64,000 bases of DNA, taken from the IMG/VR virus record IMGVR_UViG_3300028592_000009; one strand, written 5' to 3'. Source of the stretch: an uncultured virus (IMG/VR IMGVR_UViG_3300028592_000009). Taxonomy: Duplodnaviria > Heunggongvirae > Uroviricota > Caudoviricetes. The notes under the pieces were generated by a model that had not been told where the DNA came from, searched no databases, and saw only the letters and a program-made list of their open reading frames with translations. Position 1 is the stretch's first letter, and every line of letters begins with the position of its first letter. Made by a program: the position numbers and the translations under genes. Of this stretch, positions 20,079 to 29,611 are shown piece after piece.

Positions 20079-21815
20079 ATGCCCATCCCTCCGGGAGTGG
20101 AGACTGTCACGGTGTCGAGCGGCGAGCCGCTCACGACACCGGACGGAAGCCTCATGCGGGGCCACATCAGGTTCGTGGCCCCCGACCTCGCGGTCGCTCC
20201 GTCCGACAACTACACTCTCGGAGGAGAGGCAGTTGCGGAGCTGGTCGACGGCGAGTTCAGCATCACACTGGTGGCTCCGGACGCGACCGGGATCAACCCG
20301 ACCGGCTGGACCTACACGATCATCGGCGAGTTCACCAACGCGCCCAACTGGGAGACGTTCGCCGTCCTCACCAAGGACGAGCCGAGCGTCGTACTCTCGG
20401 ACGTGATCGAGGCGGAGGCCATCAGCCCGGCCTTCTCGACGATCTACCTCCGGCGCGACGGCGGCACCATGACCGGCGACCTGGTCCTCGCTGGCGATCC
20501 CGACCAGCCTCTGGAAGCGACCACCAAGCAGTACACCGACGAGCTCGTTGACACCCTCACCAACACCGTCACAGCGCTGGACGGCCAGAACGTCAAACTC
20601 ACCCAGGACCAGACGGTCGGCGGCATCAAGACGTTCACGTCCATTCCTGTTGGGCCTTCGTCCGATCCGATAACTGGCAACCAGCTCACGCGCAAGACCT
20701 ATGTCGACGCGGGCGATTCTGCCGTCCAGTCCAACGTAGAGGTCGTCGCCGACAACCTGGCCACCCTCGACGGCGAGGTCGCCACGCTCGATGCGCAGAA
20801 CGTCAAGCTCACGGGGACGCAGGTCATCACCGGAGCCAAGACCCTCACCGACAACGCCGACGTCACGATGCCCAACATCACTGAGTTGCTTGGTGCGTTG
20901 GTCTCGACCGGCATCATCCGTGGCGGAGCTGTCGACCCGAACCTGTCGAACCCGATCGCGATCGACATCGCCCCGTTCGTCGGCTACATCGTCGATCACA
21001 CCGCCAACGAGAACGTTCCGTCGGTCGTTCGAGTGGAGAAGTCGACCACAAGCACGATCATCAACGCGAACCCGTCGTCGCCGATCACGTGGTACTACCT
21101 CAACAAGGACGGCACCTTCGGCCAGCAGACGACCGAGCCCACGGCAGCCGACCGTGTCGCTCGTCTCCAGCTCGGCTTCAGCCTGCAGTCGGGCGGGCTG
21201 ATCATCGAGGTGCAGACTACCCACGAGCGGATCACGCAGAAGACCGGCGACTGGTCTCGCTTTCTGGAGAGCCTGGGCTCCTTCTCGGTGCGAGGCGAGG
21301 AGATGTTCGTCTTCGCCAACGGCGCGAACCTGAGCATCAACACCTCGGCTGGTCGCATCTTCAACCGAGCCATCGGACTGTACAACGGACCGACGCTCAA
21401 CTACGACCGGAACGTGACGACGCAGGACGCGGTCGTCCAGCCCTCGTTCCGTATCGGAACTCGCGACCCCAACTCGCTCACCGGCTCTCCGACCAACGTC
21501 ATCCTGCCGGGGAACTACGACGTGAACGGAGTCGTCACGCCGGTTCCCAACCCCACGGGAAGCGTGACGATCCAGCGCGTCTACTACTCGCCGCTCTCCG
21601 CCCCCGACAACAGGTTCTTCATCCAGTACGGCCAGTCGGTCTACGCCAGCTTGACAGAGGGCGTCAACGCCATCGGCACGACCAACTACCAGGTCAATCC
21701 CCTGCTCAAGTTCACGCTGCTCATCGGCTACATCGTCGTCGTCAAGACGGCCACCGCCCTCAACAACCCTGCTCAGGCGATCATCCTGCCGTCTGAGCGC
21801 TTCCGCATCCGGTAA
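20079..21815 (+). CDS. tail fibre / minor tail protein
   Basis: N-terminal anchor-like domain, 'GGTMTGDL', repeated 'NVKLTxxQxxxGxKTxT' fibre motif, beta-rich C-terminus. Confidence 0.7.
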   Translation: MPIPPGVETVTVSSGEPLTTPDGSLMRGHIRFVAPDLAVAPSDNYTLGGEAVAELVDGEFSITLVAPDATGINPTGWTYTIIGEFTNAPNWETFAVLTKDEPSVVLSDVIEAEAISPAFSTIYLRRDGGTMTGDLVLAGDPDQPLEATTKQYTDELVDTLTNTVTALDGQNVKLTQDQTVGGIKTFTSIPVGPSSDPITGNQLTRKTYVDAGDSAVQSNVEVVADNLATLDGEVATLDAQNVKLTGTQVITGAKTLTDNADVTMPNITELLGALVSTGIIRGGAVDPNLSNPIAIDIAPFVGYIVDHTANENVPSVVRVEKSTTSTIINANPSSPITWYYLNKDGTFGQQTTEPTAADRVARLQLGFSLQSGGLIIEVQTTHERITQKTGDWSRFLESLGSFSVRGEEMFVFANGANLSINTSAGRIFNRAIGLYNGPTLNYDRNVTTQDAVVQPSFRIGTRDPNSLTGSPTNVILPGNYDVNGVVTPVPNPTGSVTIQRVYYSPLSAPDNRFFIQYGQSVYASLTEGVNAIGTTNYQVNPLLKFTLLIGYIVVVKTATALNNPAQAIILPSERFRIR

Positions 21816-21828
21816 GGAGCAACAGCTC

Positions 21829-22758
21829 ATGCGAGTAGTCCTGTTGGGAGCCCCGCGCCCGATCGGTGACAACCGATGGAAGGACGACATAGCCGAGTCC
21901 GGCGAGTCCATGGGATGGGACTTCGTCCATCTCGAGGCGCGAGGCTCTCAGCCGGACGACGTCGTCGATCTCTGTCGCGGTGCAGACCTGTTCATCTGGG
22001 CTCGCACACACCATCACGACCCGTTCGGCGACGGACGCGAGATGATGCGACGGATCGAGGACCTTGGAGTTCCGACCGTCGGCATCCACATGGACCTGTA
22101 CTGGGGCATCGCGAACCGCGAGCCCCGCATCAACGCCACGGACCAGCCATGGTGGAGCGCTCAGCACGTCTTCACGGCCGACGGCGGGAACCAGGAGCGC
22201 TTCAAGGAGCGCGGGGTCAACCACCACTGGATGCCTCCTGCGATGGGCGTCCGGTTCTTCGGTCGTCGCGATCCTGACCCCAAGTACCAGAAGAGGTACT
22301 ACGTGTTCGTGGGGTCCAACGTACCCACCATCCATGGTGAGCACCGGACACGTCTGCTCGACTCTGCACGCAAGCGGAATCCGCAGCGCTTCCGACACTT
22401 CGGCCGCGCTGTGAAGGTCTACGGCGGCGAGCTCAACAAGGTGTACGCCTCTGCTCGCGTGGTGCTCGGCGACTCGGCACCGGCGGACTACTACTGGTCC
22501 GACCGAGTCCCCAACACCCTTGGCAGGGGTGGTGTGTTGGCCTATCCCCGCACCCTCGGTCTGGAGGAGCAGGGCTTCGACGACAGCAACATGATCCTGT
22601 ACGACCGGTTCGACTTCGCACCCATGTGGGAGCGGATCTACTCGATGTCCGAGCAGGACCTTCGGGAGATGTCGGACAACGCGCTTCAGGCCATCCGTGA
22701 CAAGCACATGTGGACGCATCGACTGATGCAGATCGCAGAGACGGTAGGTCTGGCATGA
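21829..22758 (+). CDS. glycosyltransferase (GT-B, CgeB/Glyco_trans_1_2-like)
   Basis: 'FVGS', 'YGGELNKVYASARVVLGDS', 'YWSDRVPNTLGRGG'. Confidence 0.8.
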   Translation: MRVVLLGAPRPIGDNRWKDDIAESGESMGWDFVHLEARGSQPDDVVDLCRGADLFIWARTHHHDPFGDGREMMRRIEDLGVPTVGIHMDLYWGIANREPRINATDQPWWSAQHVFTADGGNQERFKERGVNHHWMPPAMGVRFFGRRDPDPKYQKRYYVFVGSNVPTIHGEHRTRLLDSARKRNPQRFRHFGRAVKVYGGELNKVYASARVVLGDSAPADYYWSDRVPNTLGRGGVLAYPRTLGLEEQGFDDSNMILYDRFDFAPMWERIYSMSEQDLREMSDNALQAIRDKHMWTHRLMQIAETVGLA

Positions 22759-23411
22759 GGGCGATCATCGCAGCTGCAGGTGGCCAGTCGAAGTGGAACG
22801 AGCACCTGGGTGTGCCGTCGCATCTGTGCCCGCTGACGCGCCACGGTAACCAGCCTCTCGTGCACAGGACCATCGAGCAGGTTCGTGGGTACACGCCGGA
22901 CGTCACGATCACGACGCCGGACGACGATCGATACAACTCCGTGGCGCCGATGTGCGTTCGCAGCGTTGTGACCGGCGAGCATCCGAGCGAGTACGCTGCA
23001 ACTCGCCATCTCTGGAACGAGGATGGTCGCACCGTCCTGCTCCTGGGTGACGTGTTCTTCAGCGAACAGGCCATGCTGCAGATTATGTTCGACACTCGGC
23101 GCCAGTACATGGTCTACGGCCGGTACAGGAAGAGCGCCATCACCGGAACGCCGTATGGCGAGATCTTCGCGGCGAGCTGGTGGCCTGAAGAGCACGAGCG
23201 CCTCGACCGAACGATCAAGATGGTCCACGACGTCCGTGCGTCCGGCGCTGTCACGAGGCCGCCCGGCTGGATGATCCTCCGCGCCTACCAGGGGACGCCT
23301 CTCAACCGACACCTGGTCCTGTCTGACTGGTTCACCGAGATCGACGACGAGACCGACGACATCGACTTCCCTGCCGACTACGACCGCCACCCCGCAACGA
23401 GGAGCGCCTGA
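22755..23411 (+). CDS. nucleotidyltransferase-like (NTP_transferase/GT-A fold)
   Basis: N-terminal 'AIIAAAG...GVPSHLCP...QPLVHRTI', 'LLLGDVFFS', C-terminal 'DIDFPADY'. Confidence 0.7.
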   Translation: MRAIIAAAGGQSKWNEHLGVPSHLCPLTRHGNQPLVHRTIEQVRGYTPDVTITTPDDDRYNSVAPMCVRSVVTGEHPSEYAATRHLWNEDGRTVLLLGDVFFSEQAMLQIMFDTRRQYMVYGRYRKSAITGTPYGEIFAASWWPEEHERLDRTIKMVHDVRASGAVTRPPGWMILRAYQGTPLNRHLVLSDWFTEIDDETDDIDFPADYDRHPATRSA

Positions 23412-24055
23412 TGGGCACCGTGTTCACCGACTTCCCCCGACTCATGGTCGACCTCGCGATCGAGCCCCTGCACATCGTGCACGTGGGAGCCCACAAGGGC
23501 GAGGAGATGCCGTACTACATCAAGGCGGGCATCCCTGAGATCACGCTCGTCGAGCCGATCCCCGACCTCGCCGTCGCGCTCGAGAACAAGTACCCCTTCG
23601 CCAACGTTGTGCAGGCGGCATGCGGCCTGGAGCGCGGGACGGCGACGCTCAGCGTCATGCGCAAGACGAACCTCTCCACGCTCAACACTCCGGCCAAGCG
23701 CGACCAGGTTGCCGGCAAGATCGAGGTCGCCGTCCTCCCTCTCAGCGAGGTCCAGGGGGACGCCAACATCGCCGTCATCGACGCCCAGGGGCTCGAGATC
23801 GAGGTTCTGCGGAGCGCCAACCTCGACGACCTGGACCTCGTCATCGTCGAGACCTGCACCGTCCACGATCCGACCATCGCGGCCGGGCACGACGACGTCG
23901 TGCGGTACATGGACGAGCAGGGCTGGGAGGTGGCCAACGTCTGGAGTCGAGACTACAACTTCGTCGCCAACTGGGCGCGAGGCCGGGGAGCCAAGTACCC
24001 CGAGGGGCTCGTCAACGATGTCGCGTTCGTGCCTAAGGAGGAGTCCAATGGCTGA
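23411..24055 (+). CDS. FkbM-family methyltransferase
   Basis: 'HVGAHKG', 'VEP', 'IDAQGLEIEVLR'. Confidence 0.85.
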   Translation: MGTVFTDFPRLMVDLAIEPLHIVHVGAHKGEEMPYYIKAGIPEITLVEPIPDLAVALENKYPFANVVQAACGLERGTATLSVMRKTNLSTLNTPAKRDQVAGKIEVAVLPLSEVQGDANIAVIDAQGLEIEVLRSANLDDLDLVIVETCTVHDPTIAAGHDDVVRYMDEQGWEVANVWSRDYNFVANWARGRGAKYPEGLVNDVAFVPKEESNG

Positions 24056-24260
24056 GCCGGATCCGGACATGGTCTGGGGCCTGCTGCTGGCCACGGGCTT
24101 CGCATACGAGGTGTACGCCCTGCTCAACAAGACGCCCGGGGACACGCTGTCCGAGCGGACGCGGGCATGGTTCCGCACCCACAAGCAGCCGGGTCGAGCG
24201 GTTTTCGCGGCGGCCTGGCTCGGCTTCGCTACCTGGTTCTTTGTACATATTCTCTGGTAG
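24048..24260 (+). CDS. small membrane protein
   Basis: Two hydrophobic segments, GGAGGAG RBS. Confidence 0.65.
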   Translation: MAEPDPDMVWGLLLATGFAYEVYALLNKTPGDTLSERTRAWFRTHKQPGRAVFAAAWLGFATWFFVHILW

Positions 24261-24263
24261 GGG

Positions 24264-24326
24264 TTTACGTCGGACTGGAGTTGGGGTAAAGTTCTACTCG
24301 TAAGCAAGAGAACAACGACAAGGGAG
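24264..24326 (+). promoter_or_regulatory. early-type promoter with AACAAC leader
   Basis: TTTACG-17bp-TAAAGT, then TCTACTCGTAAGC...AACAAC...GGGAG, matching the right-arm promoter family. Confidence 0.75.
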
Positions 24327-24332
24327 CCCACC

Positions 24333-24896
24333 ATGAGCAAGATCGTCTGCAACCTCGCCCTCCGCTTCGACCTCGTTCGCAAGTCCAACAACAAGTTCGC
24401 CGTCCGCGAGATCGAGACCGGCAACGAGGTCAGCAACGAGATGGAGCTCACCAAGGCGATCTCCCTGGTCCGAGGCTTCGAGAACGCCGACCGCGCCGGT
24501 TCCTCCTGGATCGGCCAGGGCGACGAGGGCATGTCCGAGCTGACCCGGGTCCTGCTGGAGACGCCCAAGATGAAGACCCGCAAGATCCGGGGCTTCGAGA
24601 TCTGCGTCGACGTCATGGACGAGTCCGACATCGCGGTCGTCTCCACCTGGACCGACTCGGCTCTCAAGTCCCTGCAGGTCCGCAAGATCCGCGAGGGTGG
24701 CAAGGTCTACAAGATGGCCCCCGGCCTGATCGCCACGGTCAAGGCGACCCTGTCCGCCTCCGCCACTGCTCGACGTGCCTACGACGCTCCGGCCGCCGCC
24801 GCTCTCGGTCGCCAGGCCCGCGAGGCGATCATGATCGACCTGGGGATCGACGCCCCGACCGCCTCCAACATCATGCGGAAGATGCGCAACATGTAG
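24333..24896 (+). CDS. hypothetical protein (own promoter and terminator)
   Basis: Strong GC3 bias, RBS. Confidence 0.75.
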   Translation: MSKIVCNLALRFDLVRKSNNKFAVREIETGNEVSNEMELTKAISLVRGFENADRAGSSWIGQGDEGMSELTRVLLETPKMKTRKIRGFEICVDVMDESDIAVVSTWTDSALKSLQVRKIREGGKVYKMAPGLIATVKATLSASATARRAYDAPAAAALGRQAREAIMIDLGIDAPTASNIMRKMRNM

Positions 24897-24907
24897 CCAC
24901 CAACACG

Positions 24908-24943
24908 AAGAGCCCCGATCCCACCCAGGGACCGGGGCTCTTC
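24908..24943. terminator. terminator at the convergence of the two arms
   Basis: AAGAGCCCCG...CGGGGCTCTT hairpin. Confidence 0.7.
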
Positions 24944-25082
24944 TGCGTGCGGGGCGGAGGGCTTCTCCGAGGCAGCCCCGGCATGGGGCCTAGGCGCCCG
25001 CGTAACGGCCGAACGGGGCTGGGTGAGTACCTTGGCCCATCGGCTCCGAGATCGCTCGTTACGTGGGCGCCTACGGCTTCGG

Positions 25083-26903
25083 TCAGTCGTTCCGGAAGAC
25101 GTCGGGCAGGTGGCTGGACATCTTGGGGAAGACGTTCCGACGCATGATCCGGTGGAACCGGCCGTCGCAGACCACGACGACCCCCTTGTCGCTCTGGGAG
25201 CGGAGGAGGCGACCGATGCCCTGAATCAGCCGGGTGTGCATGCACTCGATGCTGAAGTTGATCTGCTGCTCCCTGGTCTTGCCTCCGATCGCCTTGTGCA
25301 GGAGCGTGGGCACCTCGTAGGGCAGCTTCCAGATCGCGACGAGCGAGAGGGCCGGACCCTGGATGTCGACTCCCTTCCAGAAGGACTCGACGCCGATGAG
25401 GATCGCGTTCCCGTCTCGCCGGAACCTCTCGATCAGGACCGGGTTCATGGCGGTGTTGCCCGGCTCCTGCAGAAGGACCTGTCGCCCCGGGAAGCGCTTC
25501 CGAGCCAGAGAGGCCAGGCGGTCGGCGTCAGCGTTCGACGTGGCCAGGATGAGGGAGCCGCCCTTGGCCGAGTCGATGAGGCCAGAGAGGTCGTTCCAGC
25601 GCTCCTGCCACCACCCCTTCCCCTGCCAGTCGCTCGGGTCGTACTGCTCCGGGAACGCGATCCCCTTGCAGTTGTTGCTCCAGTCGAACATCTGCGGGAT
25701 GTAGTCAAGCGTCGAGTTGGCATAGTAGCCGGTTCGCCGGGGCAGCGATCCGGGCACCGTGGCCGAGACCATCTTGGGCTTCCAACCTCGACACGCCTTG
25801 AAGACCTCGGGGCCCGCGTTGAGCACGTCCCAGTGGATGCCGTCCTTGTCGATCCAGGTGAGGCAGAAGCCGTCCTCCTTCTCCTCGGCCACCGTCGTGG
25901 TCATGGCCGCGATCCGGCGCATCAAGAACTGCTGCGGAGTCTCGACCTCGTCCATGTCGTCTTCGGAGAGCTTCTCCTTGTTGATGCGCTTGGCGAAGTC
26001 CTCCAGCTTCTCCTTGATCGCCTTGCGCTCGACGTCCTTGAGCACGCGGTCCTGGAAGCGCTTGGCCGGGCTCGGGGCGTCTGCGCTGCGCCCCTCGGCC
26101 TCCTCCTCGGCCACGTACTCCTCTATGATGAGCTTGACCATGTCGCGGAACTCAGGGGCGAGGTTCTTGCCCAGCTGGCCTCCGGACATCTCGGTCATCT
26201 GCCAACCCAGGCTGTCCATCACCGTGTTGGGGAGCAGCTGGGCCTCGTCGACGTACGGCTGCCCGAACGGCAGAAGCTGAACCAGGCCGTCGGTCTCGTC
26301 GTGCAGCGACGAGTTGACGAGCCACATGCTCGTGTTGGTCAGGATCACGTCGGCCTCGAAGGCGAGGCGACGGGCTCGCTTGCTCCAGCAGATGCCGTCC
26401 TCGTGCAGGCACTCGTCGTTGGTGCACGCTCCCGGACCGGCACAGGCGATGCACTTGTTCCCGCCGTTGCAGGGGCGGATGTCCTCGCTGGGGACGGCGA
26501 GCTCCGAGCCACGGAACAGCGGAGCTTCCAGGGCTCGCTCCAGCATGCGCTTGTATTCGGGGCTGTCCTCGTTGTTCGCAGAGGCACAGGCGTAGTGGCG
26601 ACGCCCCTTGACAACTGCATACTCGAACTCGTTGTCAGCCTGGATCGTCGGAAGGTCCTTGCTGGCATACTGGGCGAGCAGCGTGTTGTCCGCCGCGATG
26701 ATGATGCTGTGGTCACCCGTGGCCATCGCTCGGGCAACCGCGTGGGCGATCACGGCGAACGACTTGCCGACGCCGGTCGGCGCCTGCACATAGCGAGGGT
26801 TCTCGCCGCTGAGCATGTTGAGCAGGTCGACCTGTGCCGGACGCGGGTTGATCCCGGCGTTGGTCATGATCTCGATGGCGTCGTCCGCCAGCGGGTGATT
26901 CAC
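25083..26903 (-). CDS. DinG/XPD-family SF2 helicase
   Basis: Q motif RPAQ, QAPTGVGKS, VKGRRHYAC, DEAQ, SAT, FWKGVD, KLPY, QGIGRLLRSQSDKG; GTG after AACAACACGGAG. Confidence 0.9.
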   Translation of the reverse strand: MNHPLADDAIEIMTNAGINPRPAQVDLLNMLSGENPRYVQAPTGVGKSFAVIAHAVARAMATGDHSIIIAADNTLLAQYASKDLPTIQADNEFEYAVVKGRRHYACASANNEDSPEYKRMLERALEAPLFRGSELAVPSEDIRPCNGGNKCIACAGPGACTNDECLHEDGICWSKRARRLAFEADVILTNTSMWLVNSSLHDETDGLVQLLPFGQPYVDEAQLLPNTVMDSLGWQMTEMSGGQLGKNLAPEFRDMVKLIIEEYVAEEEAEGRSADAPSPAKRFQDRVLKDVERKAIKEKLEDFAKRINKEKLSEDDMDEVETPQQFLMRRIAAMTTTVAEEKEDGFCLTWIDKDGIHWDVLNAGPEVFKACRGWKPKMVSATVPGSLPRRTGYYANSTLDYIPQMFDWSNNCKGIAFPEQYDPSDWQGKGWWQERWNDLSGLIDSAKGGSLILATSNADADRLASLARKRFPGRQVLLQEPGNTAMNPVLIERFRRDGNAILIGVESFWKGVDIQGPALSLVAIWKLPYEVPTLLHKAIGGKTREQQINFSIECMHTRLIQGIGRLLRSQSDKGVVVVCDGRFHRIMRRNVFPKMSSHLPDVFRND

Positions 26904-26963
26904 TTGGACTCCGTGTTGTTCTCGAGGCCCGGGGCGGGTGGTCGCCCCGGGCATGGGTTGTTG

Positions 26964-27569
26964 TCAGTCGTTGCTGTTGATGATCTTCATGCGCTGCCTA
27001 CGCAGCCAGAGGATCGCGTGCCGAGTGGCGTCCCTGGCGTGGTCCGGACCCGGGGTGTACATGGCGTACTGCTTGAGGCGGTTGTCGTTCACGACGTTCT
27101 TCGCGTCGTTGGCCGACTGCCAGGTCGGCTTGAACACGCGCTTGTCCCCGGCTGCGACGCGGATGCCGCGCCAGAACTGGTAGTCGAGCTTGTGTCCGAT
27201 ACGGACGGGCGACAGCAACTCTCGCCCCTTGATGGCGGATTGGAGAATGAAGTCCTCGATGGTGGTGTCCATCCCGGCGGTCGTACGCTCCGAGATCCAT
27301 CGCAGGGCGGCCAGCGTCTGCTCGTTCTCCTCGCCGTAGAGGCACGAGGCCTCCCATGCCATCATGCATCGCTGCACCGGAACGGAGGGGCTGAGCAGTC
27401 CCTCCTTCCAGTACCAGAGGGTGCAGATGCCGGTGACGCCGCCCGGGTCGATGGCGGTGACGGCGTCGAACTCCTTGAGGCTCTCCGGCTGATCCTCTTC
27501 GATCCGGAGCCTCTGGATCCCGTTGGAGGATCCGCGTCCAGGCGGGCTCTCAGCCCATTCCCAATCCAC
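26964..27569 (-). CDS. RuvC-like Holliday junction resolvase
   Basis: 'AIDPGGVTG', 'IEDF', 'HARDATRHA'. Confidence 0.8.
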   Translation of the reverse strand: MDWEWAESPPGRGSSNGIQRLRIEEDQPESLKEFDAVTAIDPGGVTGICTLWYWKEGLLSPSVPVQRCMMAWEASCLYGEENEQTLAALRWISERTTAGMDTTIEDFILQSAIKGRELLSPVRIGHKLDYQFWRGIRVAAGDKRVFKPTWQSANDAKNVVNDNRLKQYAMYTPGPDHARDATRHAILWLRRQRMKIINSND

Positions 27570-27830
27570 CTACAGCCCGCCCCTCCAGCCGGTCCGCCAG
27601 CGGATGAACTGCCAGCGGAAGGTCTTGCCCATGATGTTGCACTTCTTGTCACGATGGACGATCTCGGTCGCGTGCCCGGTGCCACCCAGCATGACAGCGA
27701 TGGCCTTCAGCTCGATCGCCAGGAGACGCCACTCGCCGGGCTCGAAGTCCTCGCCCTCAGCGAAGTCCCACTGCCCGCCGTCCCAGATCTGGACGGGCTC
27801 GTTGCTGCCCACGGCCAGCCCCCTAGGCAT
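27570..27830 (-). CDS. hypothetical protein
   Basis: ORF tiling the operon. Confidence 0.5.
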   Translation of the reverse strand: MPRGLAVGSNEPVQIWDGGQWDFAEGEDFEPGEWRLLAIELKAIAVMLGGTGHATEIVHRDKKCNIMGKTFRWQFIRWRTGWRGGL

Positions 27831-28029
27831 TGGTGCGAGCGCGGCTCGCGAGGGCCGCCCACATCTTGGTCTCGGCCATGGAGGCCGGACGAGTGTTGCC
27901 CTCCGTCGGACTGGTGCCCGCCGCGTCGGCCACGGTCACGTTGATCAGCTGTCCACCCCGGGAGCCGTGGCGCACAACGAACCCGAGCTCGATGCCCAGC
28001 TTGCGCTCGGCGTCGTTCATCCACCTCAT
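27823..28029 (-). CDS. hypothetical protein
   Basis: AAGGAG RBS, tiling. Confidence 0.55.
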   Translation of the reverse strand: MRWMNDAERKLGIELGFVVRHGSRGGQLINVTVADAAGTSPTEGNTRPASMAETKMWAALASRARTNA

Positions 28030-28151
28030 GTGTTGCTCCTTGCTAGAAGTTCTGAAATCAGTACGCGCCCCGTAGGGCGGAGAACGCGGGTCGGTCGGAC
28101 GGTTTCACCGACCCGCTCCCGTTCTCTCGCGTACGCCCCCGTAGCGCCCCG

Positions 28152-28424
28152 TTACGAGGCCGCCTCGTCGTCCTGTTCGTCTACGACTCGGACCGGCCGA
28201 CCGTTGCGACGCCGGAACCAGTCCATGAGCTCCTGCGAGGCCTGCCCGCTCCGGAACCGCGCCACGGTCTTGATGGCGGATCCAGTCTGGATCGAGAGAT
28301 ACTTGCCCTTCCGCCCCGGGATCGACGTGATTACCAGAGCGGACTCAGGCTCGTGTTCAGAGGGGTCGTGGTCTCCGGTTGCACACAAGACGCAGTACTC
28401 GTTCCCGTTCCAGCCAGAGCTCAC
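28152..28424 (-). CDS. hypothetical protein
   Basis: Tiling ORF with 4-bp overlap. Confidence 0.55.
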   Translation of the reverse strand: MSSGWNGNEYCVLCATGDHDPSEHEPESALVITSIPGRKGKYLSIQTGSAIKTVARFRSGQASQELMDWFRRRNGRPVRVVDEQDDEAAS

Positions 28425-28612
28425 AGCCCCTCCGAGTGTTCCTCGTGCTCGAAGCCGCCCTCGCCGTCGCCGTCAGCCCGGATCATGTCTCCCGGCTCGA
28501 TGCGGTCTCCGCATACCGAGCAGCTGGATCCGTACCGAGCCTCGAAGATCGGCCCCTTGCCCGACGGCCGGTCCTCGTCGCTGACGCCGAAGCTAGTTGT
28601 CCTCGTCGCCAC
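28421..28612 (-). CDS. small zinc-finger-like protein
   Basis: 'ARYGSSCSVCGDRIEPGDMI...HEEH'. Confidence 0.6.
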   Translation of the reverse strand: MATRTTSFGVSDEDRPSGKGPIFEARYGSSCSVCGDRIEPGDMIRADGDGEGGFEHEEHSEGL

Positions 28613-29165
28613 TGGTCTCCTCCTTCACGACCAGGCGACGCCGACGTTTGATCAGGCCGACGTGGTTCTTGGCGAGCTCCGCGATCGAGATGGCTCCCTG
28701 TCCGACAGAGGGCTGCCAGTTGTCGATCTGCACCTCCAGGTCTCGGATCGCTCGGTCGAGGTGCTCGACCGTCAGGAGGTCCATGCGCTCCATGACTCCG
28801 AGAAGCTCCATGTCGTCGCCGACGCGGACCATGCTGAAGTCGGTCCAACCGGCGGACATGTAGGAGGCGATGGCCGAGCGGTACATCTCCCGCCTGCCCT
28901 CGTCGCTGCCGACCGTCGCCTGGATGCCACGGAGATGGATGTTGATCGCGGACGTGGTCTCGTTGTGGGGCACGGCCTGGTCCTCCTCGTTGTTGTGAGC
29001 GAGCCTGTTCAAGATGGACAGGATGATGGCCCGCGCAGACGAGCTGTACGGCTCCATCCTGGTGTTGTCCGGACCAGGGACCCAGTTGTCCCGCAGGACC
29101 GCCTCGACGTAGTCGACGATCTCGTGGAACGAACCGGGTCCCTGTGCAGCGAGGATGTGCTGCAT
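28593..29165 (-). CDS. hypothetical protein
   Basis: Tiling ORF, GC3 bias. Confidence 0.6.
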   Translation of the reverse strand: MQHILAAQGPGSFHEIVDYVEAVLRDNWVPGPDNTRMEPYSSSARAIILSILNRLAHNNEEDQAVPHNETTSAINIHLRGIQATVGSDEGRREMYRSAIASYMSAGWTDFSMVRVGDDMELLGVMERMDLLTVEHLDRAIRDLEVQIDNWQPSVGQGAISIAELAKNHVGLIKRRRRLVVKEETSGDEDN

Positions 29166-29611
29166 CAGAAGTTGCCCGTGGCGAGCAGCTCGCCGCTCTC
29201 GCTGTGGACGGTGACGAGCCCGTTCTCGGACTTGAAGCAGTCGGCGAACGCGGAGGCGATCAGCTTGGCCTTGCCGCCGTTCGGACCGAACATGTCGCCC
29301 TTCAGGTCGGTGAAGACGTCGGCCGTGTCGAGGACGTTGTTCATCTTGTCAGCGACCTTGACCTTGGTCACGTGCTTGGTGGCCGCCTTCTCGGTGGCAA
29401 GCCCGCCCTTGGCGACGCAGTCGCGGAAGAGCTGCGCCTTGGTGGACTTGTTCTCCTCCGTCGTCGGCTGCGGCGCGTAGGAGGTGGCCGTGCCGATCTG
29501 CGGCTGGACCGCGACCTTGTCCGACGCACCCTCGCCCGCCGCCACGGACCCGAGGATGATCACGGTCGCGGCTCCGACGAGCCCCGCGAAGATCTTCTGC
29601 TTGGTGTTCAC
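29165..29611 (-). CDS. secreted/membrane-anchored protein
   Basis: N-terminal signal/TM segment, two Cys; GTG overlapping the ThyX stop. Confidence 0.65.
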   Translation of the reverse strand: MNTKQKIFAGLVGAATVIILGSVAAGEGASDKVAVQPQIGTATSYAPQPTTEENKSTKAQLFRDCVAKGGLATEKAATKHVTKVKVADKMNNVLDTADVFTDLKGDMFGPNGGKAKLIASAFADCFKSENGLVTVHSESGELLATGNF

